Positions 1 to 8,957 of a stretch of DNA of 64,000 nucleotides are shown here, piece after piece. How positions within the stretch are numbered: the first letter of the stretch is position 1; each line of letters starts with the position of its first letter. Origin of the DNA: an uncultured Pseudomonadota bacterium (lineage in GTDB: Bacteria > Pseudomonadota > Alphaproteobacteria > JACZXZ01); contig CAVVLJ010000016.1 of NCBI GenBank assembly GCA_963749075.1, forward strand, positions 32,001-96,000, in the 5' to 3' direction. The notes under the pieces were generated by a model. It was not told where the DNA came from. It did not search any database and worked only from the letters and a program-made list of their open reading frames with translations. The position numbers and the translations under genes were made by a program.

Positions 1-10
1 AAGATTTGGT

Positions 11-985
11 ATGCAAGGGCGTAGCCGTGACGCGGCCTATTGGCGCCGCCGCATTGAGCGCGAGCACCCCGGGATTGCCGAGCGGCTGAATCGCGGCGAG
101 ATTCCGAGCGTCCGCGCCGCCGCCATTGCGGCCGGCATGATCCACGATCCCTCTGGCCTGATGCAGCTCCGCCGCGCCTGGCGCAGGGCCTCGCCCGAAG
201 ATCGCGCCGCCTTCATGGCCGAGGTCGGGGTGGCCGAGCTGGTGCCCCACGGGCGCCGCCAGCGGCGCAAGCGCCCCGCCGCCGAGGAGGCGAGCGAATT
301 CGGCGATCTCTTCACGCTGCCGCCAAGGGCGGAGCCACAGCACCCGCGCCCCGAGCTCGTACCCTTCCGCGGCTCTGCGGCACTTAGCCTCGAGGCCCCG
401 AGCCCGGCCCCGCGCATGGCGCCCGCGCGTCCGGCCGTCGAGGTGGCCCGGCTCGTCGCGCGGCCCGAGCCGTCGGCGCCGCCCGAGGCCGCTGTGCCCG
501 AGGCCGTTGTGCCCGAGGCCGTTGTGCCCGAATCCGCTCTGCCCGAAACCGCCGCCGGCTTGGCTAGTACCGAGACGCCGGAGCCTGCTCGCGAGGAAAT
601 CCAGCAGCCCGCGCGCGAGCCGCAGGACGCTACGTCCCCCGGCGCCGCCGCTCCGAGCGTTGCGGCTCAGGCCTCCCTGCAGGAGGCCGGCAAGCCGCGC
701 TACGGGATGCGCCGCCTGCTCGGCATCTCCCAGGCGAAGGAGGGGCATGGCGGCAACGGTGCCCACGCCAGCGAGGTGAGCGAGACGGCCGGCGGCCGCG
801 TCAAGGTCGGCCAGCGCTATCTCAAGGTCGATGCGGGGCCCACCGCCTGGCAGGTCGTCTCGATCTTCGCAGGGCCGCTCGGCATGCCGCACGTGCGCAT
901 CGTCAATGTCGAGGAGCCCGATACCCTCCGCGCGGTGAGCGTGTCGGCGCTCGTCGACCGCGGCCGCTACCAGCTCGTGCGCTGA
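11..985 (+). CDS. Hypothetical protein (helical N-terminal domain, Pro/Ala/Glu linker, small beta-rich C-terminal domain)
   Basis: 324-aa ORF with protein-like composition at both ends; no family recognised. Confidence 0.6.
   Translation: MQGRSRDAAYWRRRIEREHPGIAERLNRGEIPSVRAAAIAAGMIHDPSGLMQLRRAWRRASPEDRAAFMAEVGVAELVPHGRRQRRKRPAAEEASEFGDLFTLPPRAEPQHPRPELVPFRGSAALSLEAPSPAPRMAPARPAVEVARLVARPEPSAPPEAAVPEAVVPEAVVPESALPETAAGLASTETPEPAREEIQQPAREPQDATSPGAAAPSVAAQASLQEAGKPRYGMRRLLGISQAKEGHGGNGAHASEVSETAGGRVKVGQRYLKVDAGPTAWQVVSIFAGPLGMPHVRIVNVEEPDTLRAVSVSALVDRGRYQLVR
481..555 (+). repeat. 15-bp in-frame tandem repeat, 5 units (PEAVV-like)
   Basis: gcccgaggccgctgt, gcccgaggccgttgt x2, gcccgaatccgctct, gcccgaaaccgccgc. 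Confidence 0.85.
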
Positions 986-1164
986 TCCCACGCGATATCC
1001 GAGGCCGCAAAGCGGCCGGCCTCGCGGTTCAATCGCCCCGCCAAACCCGCAATATTTGCCAATACCTTGGCGCTCTGCCGGCTCACAATGCGGCTCGAGC
1101 GTCCCGAGGACCGCCTGATTGCTGCGACGCCGCGCGGGCGTCGAGGCAGCGTGAGAGAGGTCGC

Positions 1165-2319
1165 GTGCTGTCCGAACGCCAAAGGATGATCCGGGAAACC
1201 GTCCGTCACTTCGCCCAACGCGAGCTGGCGCCCACGGCGGCAGAACGCGACCGAGCGGCGCGGTTTCCCAAGGAGGCGTTCGCCAAGATGGGCGAACTCG
1301 GCCTCATGGGGATGGTCGTGCCGGAAGAGTTCGGCGGTGCTGGCGCCGATTATGTCTCCTATGCCTTGGCGGTGATCGAGATCGCCGCGGCCGACGGCGC
1401 CACCTCGACGTTGTTCCAGGTGCACAACTCGTTGACCTGCCTGTCGATCTCGAGACACGGGAGCGCGGAGCAGAAGGAGCGCTTCCTGCGGCCGCTCGCG
1501 GCGGGCCGCTACCTGGGGGCGTTCTGCCTGAGCGAGCCCGAGGCCGGGTCGGACGCCGCCGCGATCAGGACGCGGGCGCGGCGCGAGGGGAACAGGTACG
1601 TGCTCAACGGCGTCAAGCAGTTCGTCACCTCGGGCAAGAACGCGGACATCGCGATCGTCTTCGCGGTCACGGATCCCCGGGCGGGCAAAAAAGGCATTTC
1701 GGCCTTCATCGTCCCGACGAAGACGCCGGGATACCGGGTGGCGAAGGTCGAGCATACGATGGGCCAACGCTCGTCCGATCACTGCCAGATCGCCTTCGAG
1801 GACTGCGAGCTGATGCCCGAGCTGTTGCTCGGCGAAGAGGGCGAAGGCCTCAAGATCGCGCTCGGCAACCTGGAAAGCGGCCGCATCGGCGTCGCCGCTC
1901 AAGCCGTGGGCATGTCCCGCGCCGCTTACGACGCGGCACTCGCGTACGCGAAGGAGCGGCGAACGTTCGGCAAGCCGATCATCGAGCACCAGGCGGTCGC
2001 CTTCAGGCTGGCCGACATGGCGACCTCCCTCCAGGCGGCGGAACTGATGGTCCTGCGGGCGGCGAGCCTGCGCGACGCGGCGCAGCCCTGCCTCAAGGAG
2101 GCTTCGATGGCAAAACTGTTCGCGACGGAGATGGCCGAGGAGGTGTGCTCCGGCGCCATCCAGATCCATGGCGGCTACGGCTATCTGAACGACTTCCCCG
2201 TCGAGCGCATCTATCGCGACGTGAGGGTTTGCAAGATCTACGAAGGCACCTCTGAAATTCAGCGCCTCGTCATCAGCCGGCAGCTCGCGGCCGAGCCCTT
2301 CTTCCAGGGCGTTGGTTAG
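1165..2319 (+). CDS. Acyl-CoA dehydrogenase
   Basis: [29 protein letters not shown] and [11 protein letters not shown] motifs; GAGAGG RBS before GTG. Confidence 0.95.
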   Translation: MLSERQRMIRETVRHFAQRELAPTAAERDRAARFPKEAFAKMGELGLMGMVVPEEFGGAGADYVSYALAVIEIAAADGATSTLFQVHNSLTCLSISRHGSAEQKERFLRPLAAGRYLGAFCLSEPEAGSDAAAIRTRARREGNRYVLNGVKQFVTSGKNADIAIVFAVTDPRAGKKGISAFIVPTKTPGYRVAKVEHTMGQRSSDHCQIAFEDCELMPELLLGEEGEGLKIALGNLESGRIGVAAQAVGMSRAAYDAALAYAKERRTFGKPIIEHQAVAFRLADMATSLQAAELMVLRAASLRDAAQPCLKEASMAKLFATEMAEEVCSGAIQIHGGYGYLNDFPVERIYRDVRVCKIYEGTSEIQRLVISRQLAAEPFFQGVG

Positions 2320-2419
2320 CACGGCAGCGTGAGACGCGTGGCCGTGCGAGCGTCGCCGGCCCCGGCGCGCCGGCCCGGCGAGGGCGGCTTGGCGGCTGCG
2401 GCTTAGGCGTGGAGGGACC

Positions 2420-3163
2420 ATGGATCTCGGAATAGCCGGCCGTCGCGCGCTTGTCTGCGGCGCCTCGCGCGGGCTCGGATTTGCCTCGGCGCTCGCACTT
2501 GCCCAGGAAGGCGTTGCGGTCACTCTGGTGTCGAGAAACGGCGAGGCGCTCGCCTCGGCGGCAGTCAGGATCGAGAGAGAAGCCGAAGCACCGGCGCATT
2601 TCGTCCAGGCGGACATTGCGACGGAGGCCGGCCGGAAGCGCGCGCTTGCGGTATGCCCGGAGCCCGACATCCTGGTCACCAACGCGGGCGGCCCTCCGAG
2701 CGGCGACTTCCGCTCGCTCACGGCCGCGAGTTGGCTCAGGGCGCTGGAGGCGAACTTTCTCTCCGCGGTGGAATTGATCCGCGCCACGGTCGATGCCATG
2801 GCGCGGCGCGGGTTCGGCCGCATCGTGAACATCACCTCCCTCACGGTCCGCCTACCGGTTCAAGGCCTCGATCTCTCGAACGCCGCCCGCCTGGCGCTGA
2901 CCGGCTATGTCGCCGGCGTTGCGCGGCAGATGGCTCCGCAGAACGTCACCATCAACAACCTGCTTCCCGGCACGATCGCGACCGAGCGCATTCGCGAGCT
3001 CGGGGCGACGGCGGAGAAGCTGATCGCAAAGGTTCCCATGGGCCGCGCCGGCCTGCCCGAGGAATTCGGCGCCGCCTGCGCGTACTTGTGCAGCAGGCAA
3101 GCGGCTTACATCACCGCGCAGAACCTGCTCGTCGACGGCGGATTGTGCCCCTTCACCGTGTAG
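2420..3163 (+). CDS. SDR family oxidoreductase
   Basis: GASRGLG Rossmann motif, DILVTNAGGPP, LVDGG; GGAGG RBS. Confidence 0.92.
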   Translation: MDLGIAGRRALVCGASRGLGFASALALAQEGVAVTLVSRNGEALASAAVRIEREAEAPAHFVQADIATEAGRKRALAVCPEPDILVTNAGGPPSGDFRSLTAASWLRALEANFLSAVELIRATVDAMARRGFGRIVNITSLTVRLPVQGLDLSNAARLALTGYVAGVARQMAPQNVTINNLLPGTIATERIRELGATAEKLIAKVPMGRAGLPEEFGAACAYLCSRQAAYITAQNLLVDGGLCPFTV

Positions 3164-3310
3164 CGTGAGGAGCCTCCGCCGCAAAGCGCACCGGCTCTCC
3201 GGCAACCTGCCGCTACTCGCAATGCTCCGGAGGATCGCGACGCCATTGACCCTTGATCGGGCGCGGCGTATCCTTTGTCGTGTCGCGGCCCAGGATGAGA
3301 GGTCTCCCTC

Positions 3311-3481
3311 ATGGTGAAGATGCTGAGCGCAGTTGCTTTTCTCGTGCTGGCCTTCGCGGGCACGGCGATGGCGTGCGAAGCGGCCAGCACGGCGATGTCC
3401 ACGCCAACGGTGACAACCGCCCAGGGCGACGGCGCGGCGCCGCAAGCGCCCGCGCAGCAGACACCGCCAGCCGGCGGCTGA
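3311..3481 (+). CDS. Small secreted protein, 56 aa (not in ORF track)
   Basis: MVKMLSAVAFLVLAFAGTAMA-CEAASTAMSTPTVTTAQGDGAAPQAPAQQTPPAGG*; GAGAGG RBS; signal peptide ending AMA; hairpins downstream. Confidence 0.7.
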   Translation: MVKMLSAVAFLVLAFAGTAMACEAASTAMSTPTVTTAQGDGAAPQAPAQQTPPAGG

Positions 3482-3998
3482 GCGACCGCGCTTCGTCCGG
3501 CCTGAGCCACCGGTCGCAAGACCGGCGGGCGTGCCGCCTTTTTGGCATGGCACCCGCGGGGCGGCGCCATACCCCTTGCGAAACAGGGCTGTCCTTATCT
3601 GCTAGAGTCATGTTATGGTTTGTCAAACGGAGGGGAATGCTGGGGCCCTATGGCAGAGCTTGAGTGAAACGGGGCGTGCGGGCGGTGCTGCCGCCCGGAA
3701 CAAAAACGCATCGGCACTGCCAGGTCGCAGTCGGTTTCAGGGAGGGGGGCAGCTTACTGGACGTTCGGCGGATCTGATCGGCCTCGCGGGGATGCGCGAG
3801 CGCTCGTGGTTTCCGGTCAGGTGTCAGAGCGGCGGTAATTGAAGCGGCAGCCTTCAACACCTGACGGGATTCCGAGCGCACCGGAGGGATGGCGGTGCGG
3901 GCGGAATATCGAGCGAGCCATCCTCAACTCTGCGGTAGGGCTGACCCGTCCGGCACGGCCGGCGCGCCAGCTTCGAGGCCACATGGAGAGTACTAACT

Positions 3999-4208
3999 AT
4001 GTCAGTGGGCACGGTTAAGTGGTTCAACGCCACGAAGGGCTACGGCTTCATCCAGCCGGAGGACGGCTCCAAGGACGTGTTCGTCCACATCTCGGCGGTG
4101 CAGCGGGCGGGCCTGCAAGGGCTGCGTGAGGGGCAAAAAGTCAAGTACGAGCTGATGATGGGCCGCAACGGCAAGAGCTCGGCGGAGAATCTCTCCGTTC
4201 TCGACTGA
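3999..4208 (+). CDS. cspA: Cold-shock protein
   Basis: GTVKWFN, KGYGFI (RNP1), DVFVHIS (RNP2); GGAGAG RBS. Confidence 0.97.
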   Translation: MSVGTVKWFNATKGYGFIQPEDGSKDVFVHISAVQRAGLQGLREGQKVKYELMMGRNGKSSAENLSVLD

Positions 4209-4472
4209 CTGCGCTTCAAGGGCCGCATGTCGCGGGGGCCGGCTGCCCCCCGATGCTTGCGATTTCACGGCGGTGAGGCGCTCGGGCAATGCCCGGGGTT
4301 CGTGTCGTCTCGATGGTTTTGCTTGGCGCGTGAGGGCGCTCCGGGGCGGCACGTGCCGCTCGGCTACGGCATCCCCTGAGACGCGCTTGCTCTCAAGAGC
4401 GCTCCGGGAGCGATGCTCCCCACCACTCTTCCAGGGTTGTCGCATTTAACCCCCCGTGTCTTCATCCCGGGG

Positions 4473-4557
4473 CGTCATGGCCGGCGAAGGCCGGCCATCC
4501 ATGCCTTACAGCCATCGGACAAGGGCGTGGATGGCCGCGACAAGCGCGGCCATGACG
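4473..4557. repeat. Rhizobial-type intergenic palindromic element
   Basis: cgtcatggccggcgaaggccggccatcca...tggatggccgcgacaagcgcggccatgacg: inverted ends, each arm with its own hairpin. Confidence 0.75.
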
Positions 4558-4626
4558 ATGGCGAGACGGACGCCGGAATCCAAATTGGATAGCCCTCCCC
4601 CATTCCTCCGCCGCGGCGAAGTCAGG

Positions 4627-6039
4627 TTAGGCTGGCTTGGCCTCATGCCGCCGCCGCGGCGTGCCGCCCTCGCCCAAATCCCAGAAGAGCCCGGTCATCA
4701 TGAGCAGGCCCTCGCGCGCCAGGGGAGCGAGGAGGTGCTCGTTGGGTGCATGTTGCGAGCAGGCGGGGTAGGAGTGGGGCACCCAGACCGTGGGCAGGCC
4801 GAGCACGTCGGCGAAGCAGTCGTTGGGCAGCGAGCCGCCCAAATTCGGCAGGATCGCGGGCTTGCTCCCGGTCGTGCGCGCGATCGATCCCGCGGCCCAC
4901 ACGACCCAGGGATCCTCGGGGTCGAGGCGGGTCGCGGCCATGGTCTCGGCGCGGCTCGGGGCGACGGCGACCATGGGGAAGCCGTGACGGTCGAGATGCT
5001 CGCGGATGATGGGGATGAAGTTCCGCCAGTCGCTCCCCACCACGAAGCGCACCTGCATGTGGGCGGCGGCCTTGGGCGGAATGGCATTGACGGGACGCTC
5101 CGGATTGCCGGTGCGGAAGGCGAGGACCTCGAGGCTGTTCCAGGCGAAGACGCGCTCGGCCGGAGTGAGGCCCGGCTCGCCCCAGCTGCGGTCGATCTCG
5201 GGGCCGCCCGGCTCGCCCGGCTCGATTTCAGCAAGCGCGCGGCGCACCGAGTTCGCGATGGGGGTAGGGAGCAAGCGCTCGACGAGGATGCGGCCGCGGC
5301 TGTCGACCATGCTGGCGATGGCGTTGGCGAGGATGGTGCCCGGATTGGCGAGCAGGCCGCCCCAATTGCCCGAATGGTGCCCGCCCTCGCGCAGCTCGAG
5401 CGTGAGATCGAAGTTGAAGGCGCCGCGCGAGCCGAGGAACAGGGTCGGCCGGTCCGCGCGCAGGCGCGGCCCGTCGGAGGCGATGAAGACGTCGGCCGCG
5501 AGCTCGCCGGCGTAGCGCTCGCACACCGCGTGCAGGCCCGGCGAGCCGGTCTCCTCGCCCGTCTCGAGCAGCACCTTGACGTTGCAGCCGAGCCGACCGC
5601 GCGCCTCGAGCACGCGCGCGAGGGCCGCGAGGTTGATCGAGTGCTGGCCCTTGTTGTCGGCGGTTCCCCGCCCGTACCAGCGCTCGCCCTCCACGGTGAC
5701 GTCCCAGGGTGTCAAGCCGCTGCGCCATTCGGCCTCGTAGCCGCGCACCACGTCGCCGTGGCCGTAGGTCAGCACGGTCGGCAGCTCGTCGCCCTCGCGG
5801 CGCTCGCCGATGAGGATCGGCCCGAAGCCCGCGGCCGGATTGTCGACGAGGCGCCAGGCGAAGCCCATGCGCTCGAGCGCAGGCCCGATCTCGTCCGAGA
5901 GATAGGCGGTGAGCTGCGGCAGGCGGTCCGCCTCCTGGCTCTCGGTGCGGCAGGCGATACGGCGGCGCAGCTCGGCGAGGAAGTGGCCCTCGTCGAACCA
6001 TTTTGCCGCGGCTTCGATGGCTTGCTCGCGCGTCGTCAC
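4627..6039 (-). CDS. M20 family metallopeptidase/amidohydrolase
   Basis: YGHGDVV, GRGTADNKG, ETGEE, QHAPNE; GTG start overlaps upstream TGA. Confidence 0.9.
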   Translation of the reverse strand: MTTREQAIEAAAKWFDEGHFLAELRRRIACRTESQEADRLPQLTAYLSDEIGPALERMGFAWRLVDNPAAGFGPILIGERREGDELPTVLTYGHGDVVRGYEAEWRSGLTPWDVTVEGERWYGRGTADNKGQHSINLAALARVLEARGRLGCNVKVLLETGEETGSPGLHAVCERYAGELAADVFIASDGPRLRADRPTLFLGSRGAFNFDLTLELREGGHHSGNWGGLLANPGTILANAIASMVDSRGRILVERLLPTPIANSVRRALAEIEPGEPGGPEIDRSWGEPGLTPAERVFAWNSLEVLAFRTGNPERPVNAIPPKAAAHMQVRFVVGSDWRNFIPIIREHLDRHGFPMVAVAPSRAETMAATRLDPEDPWVVWAAGSIARTTGSKPAILPNLGGSLPNDCFADVLGLPTVWVPHSYPACSQHAPNEHLLAPLAREGLLMMTGLFWDLGEGGTPRRRHEAKPA

Positions 6040-7241
6040 GAGGCGCTCCGCGCGCGAGACCCGGCGGGCCGGGCGAGGCGTTGGGCAAAGCGCACGATGC
6101 GCCGGCCGGCCTCCTCGAGTGCGGCGTCGGGCAGCGTGAGGGAGACGCGGAGCTGGCCCGCGGCGCTCGCGCCGAAGCCGTCGCAGGGCAGTGCCGCCAC
6201 CGCCTCCTCCTCGAGGAGGAGGCGCGCGAACTCGGCGGATCCGAGACCCGTGCCGCGCACGTCGAGGAGGATGAACATGCCGCCCTCGGGGGGTGCTGCG
6301 CTGCAATTTGGCGCCTCGGCGAGGATGGCGGCGAGGTGTTGGGCCCGGCGCCGATAGTCCTCTCGCATGGCCGCGACCTCGGGCAGCTCGCGCGTGAGTG
6401 CGGCGAGGGCGCCATCCTGGATGAAGGGCGGGCCGCCGTAGAGGGCTGCGAGGAGCAGGTTGAAGAGATGGGCCATGAGCGGCTCGGGGCCTATGACCCA
6501 GCCCATGCGGAAGCCGGGAATCGCGTGCGACTTCGAGAGGCTCGACGCCACCACCGTGCGCTCCGCCATCTCGGGCAGCGACCAGGGGCTCACGTGCGGC
6601 CGTGCGAAGGCCAGGTCCTCATAGACCTCGTCCGAGAGAAGCCAGAGATCGTGGCGGCGGCAGAGCCCGGCGATCGCCTCGATCTCGGTGCTGTCGAGCA
6701 CGGCACCCGTCGGATTGTGCGGGCTGTTGATCCAGATGACGCGCGTCCGCGGCGTGACCGCCCGGGCGAGCGCCGCCAGGTCCGGATGAAAGCCCCTCTC
6801 CGGCAGCGAGGGGATGTTGACGAGGGAGGCGCCGCTGGCGCCCGCGACCGCCTCGTAGGTGGCGTACATCGGCTCGGGCACGATCACCTCGTCGCCCGGC
6901 CCGGCCAGGCACTGGAGCGCGCAATAGAGCCCTCCTTGCGTGCCGGGCACGACCGCGACGTTGGCACCCGTGCAGGGCCGGCCCGTGCGCTTTGCCATGC
7001 GGGCGGCGATGGCGGCGCGCACCGCAGGATAGCCGAGGATCGGCGCATAGCCGACGCGATTGCGCCGCAAGGCCTCGATCGTCGCCGCGATGACCGGCTG
7101 CGGCGGCGGCTGGTCCGGCTCGCCGATGGTGAGCAGGATGACGTCGCGGCCGCCCTCGCGCTCCTTGAGCGCCTTGAGATGGACGCTCCAGGCCTCGGCA
7201 CCCTTGCCGGCGACGCGCCCGACCAACGATGAGAAACGCAA
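6036..7241 (-). CDS. aruH: Class I PLP aminotransferase, arginine-pyruvate transaminase-like
   Basis: MRFSSLVGRVAG..AWSVH N-terminus, NSPHNPTG, SDEVY, SLSKSHA PLP lysine; TTG start with AAGGAG RBS. Confidence 0.8.
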   Translation of the reverse strand: MRFSSLVGRVAGKGAEAWSVHLKALKEREGGRDVILLTIGEPDQPPPQPVIAATIEALRRNRVGYAPILGYPAVRAAIAARMAKRTGRPCTGANVAVVPGTQGGLYCALQCLAGPGDEVIVPEPMYATYEAVAGASGASLVNIPSLPERGFHPDLAALARAVTPRTRVIWINSPHNPTGAVLDSTEIEAIAGLCRRHDLWLLSDEVYEDLAFARPHVSPWSLPEMAERTVVASSLSKSHAIPGFRMGWVIGPEPLMAHLFNLLLAALYGGPPFIQDGALAALTRELPEVAAMREDYRRRAQHLAAILAEAPNCSAAPPEGGMFILLDVRGTGLGSAEFARLLLEEEAVAALPCDGFGASAAGQLRVSLTLPDAALEEAGRRIVRFAQRLARPAGSRARSAS

Positions 7242-7337
7242 GGCAGTGACTCCTTTTGCGCGCGCGGCGCCGCCGGCTCTCCATAGCATTGGCGCAAGCC
7301 GCCGCCAAGACGGGGCAGAGTAGCGTCTCGGCTTGAG

Positions 7338-7505
7338 CTCTCCCTCTCCTCCTTGAGGAGGAGAGGGTCGGGGTGAGGAGGCGCCGAAGCCGCGCCCGGC
7401 GCCGGGAGCGGGTGCGCGGGATGACGGTTCCACTGAGAGATCTATCGCGCTCGATCGCCCGGCCTCCTCACCCTCCCCTCTCCTCCTGAAGGAGGAGAGG
7501 GGAGA
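7338..7505. repeat. BoxC-like palindromic doublet, family A copy 1
   Basis: ccctctcctccttgaggaggagagggtcggggtgaggagg ... cctcctcaccctcccctctcctcctgaaggaggagagggg. Confidence 0.9.
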
Positions 7506-7578
7506 CGGCGGCACTGGACCGGGATGGGGCCCATGCGCCATGCTCTCCGCCGAGCGGCACGGCGGGAGGAGCGGGGAC

Positions 7579-8931
7579 ATGATCAGCGACGAGCGTGGGC
7601 TCCTTCTCACGACCGCGAGCGCCGAGGCTGCCGGTCACTTCGACACCGTCGTCTCGCACTATGTCAAATACAAGTGGGACACCGCCGCCTGGACCGAGAA
7701 GATGCTCGAGGCGGATCCCGGCTTTGCCATGGGCCATTGCCTCAAGGGCTATCTTGCCATGACCGCCTTCGACAAGCGCCGCCTCGGGGCCATGGCGAAG
7801 TGTCTCGCCGCGGCGCACGCCGGCGAGGAGGAGGCGAGTGCCCGCGAGCGCCTCCACATCGCGGCCCTCGCCGCCTGGCACAAGGGCGCCTTGCACGAGG
7901 CCTTCAAGCTGTGGCATGCGATCCTTGCGGAGCATCCCACGGACATGCTCGCCGCGCGCATCGCCCATTTCAATTATTTCTGGGCCGGCGACGCGCGTGC
8001 GATGTATGAGGTCGTCGCCAAGCCCTTAGCCGCCTGGTCGCCCGAGCTCCCTGGCTACGGCTCGATGCTTGCCATGCTCGCCTTCGGCCACGAGGAGTGC
8101 GGCGCCTATCGCGAGGCCGAGGCGGCGGCGCTGCGCTCGCTCGATGACGACCGCGCCGAGCTCTGGGCGGCGCACGCGCGCGCCCACGTCATGGAGATGG
8201 AAGGCCGCAATGCCGAGGGCGTCGCCTGGCTCGCGGGCGAGGAGCGCTTCTGGGAGGGCGGCAACAACATGCTGCATCATCTGTGGTGGCACCGCGCCCT
8301 CTTCCATCTCGAGCTCGGGGAGATGGATGCGGTGCTGGAGCTCTACGACCGCAAGTTCCGCAACCTCGCCTCACCGCTCGTCAAGGCGATGCCCGACCTC
8401 TACATCGACCTGCAGAACGCCGTCTCCATGCTGTGGCGCCTCGAGGCGGCGGGCGTCGCGGTGGGGGCGCGCTGGGGCGAGCTTGCCGACAAGGCGAGCG
8501 AGCGCCTGGGCGACGCGCAGAACCTCTTCACGCCGCCGCATCTGGTCATGGCCCTCGCGGCAGCCGGCCGCACGGCCGCGGCGGAGCGCTTCCTCGCCGC
8601 ACTCGAGGAGGCGGCCCGAGGCGGCAATGAGGCTACGGCCGCGGTGCTGAACGAGGTCGACATCCCGCTGGCGGCCGCCGTGCTCGCCCATCGCCAGGGC
8701 GATCACGCCCGCGTCGTGGCGCTCATGGAGCCGATCCGGCACGAGGTCTGGCGCATCGGCGGCAGCCACGCCCAGCGCGACCTCTTCACGGAGATGCTGC
8801 TCGACGCAGCGCTCGCCTGCGGGCGCACGGCGCTTGCGCGCGCCATCCTCGCCGAGGAAGCGAAGGCGCGGCCGGCTCCCATCGCCGGGCGCCGCTTCTA
8901 TGCCGCGGCGGCAGCGCGCATGGTGCAATAG
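7579..8931 (+). CDS. TTC38-like tetratricopeptide repeat protein
   Basis: WAAHARAHVMEM, HLWWHRAL, IGGSHAQRDLF motifs. Confidence 0.85.
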   Translation: MISDERGLLLTTASAEAAGHFDTVVSHYVKYKWDTAAWTEKMLEADPGFAMGHCLKGYLAMTAFDKRRLGAMAKCLAAAHAGEEEASARERLHIAALAAWHKGALHEAFKLWHAILAEHPTDMLAARIAHFNYFWAGDARAMYEVVAKPLAAWSPELPGYGSMLAMLAFGHEECGAYREAEAAALRSLDDDRAELWAAHARAHVMEMEGRNAEGVAWLAGEERFWEGGNNMLHHLWWHRALFHLELGEMDAVLELYDRKFRNLASPLVKAMPDLYIDLQNAVSMLWRLEAAGVAVGARWGELADKASERLGDAQNLFTPPHLVMALAAAGRTAAAERFLAALEEAARGGNEATAAVLNEVDIPLAAAVLAHRQGDHARVVALMEPIRHEVWRIGGSHAQRDLFTEMLLDAALACGRTALARAILAEEAKARPAPIAGRRFYAAAAARMVQ

Positions 8932-8957
8932 GGAGGCGAAACGGGAGCCGCGAGCTC

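Noticed and set aside
967-2844. Long antisense and alternate-frame ORFs (also 9360-11924, 15009-17993, 19921-22470, 35573-37768, 44148-46646)
   Set aside because: Shadow ORFs of high-GC genes; they overlap well-supported CDSs and have no motifs
3615-3842. 75-aa ORF upstream of cspA
   Set aside because: No RBS or motif; overlaps a probable structured leader
6040-6306. Extended N-termini in the ORF track (M20 peptidase; likewise aruH, dppA, prmA, LLM, hydantoinase A, recN)
   Set aside because: Overlap neighbouring genes or repeats; downstream starts with RBS or stop-start coupling fit better
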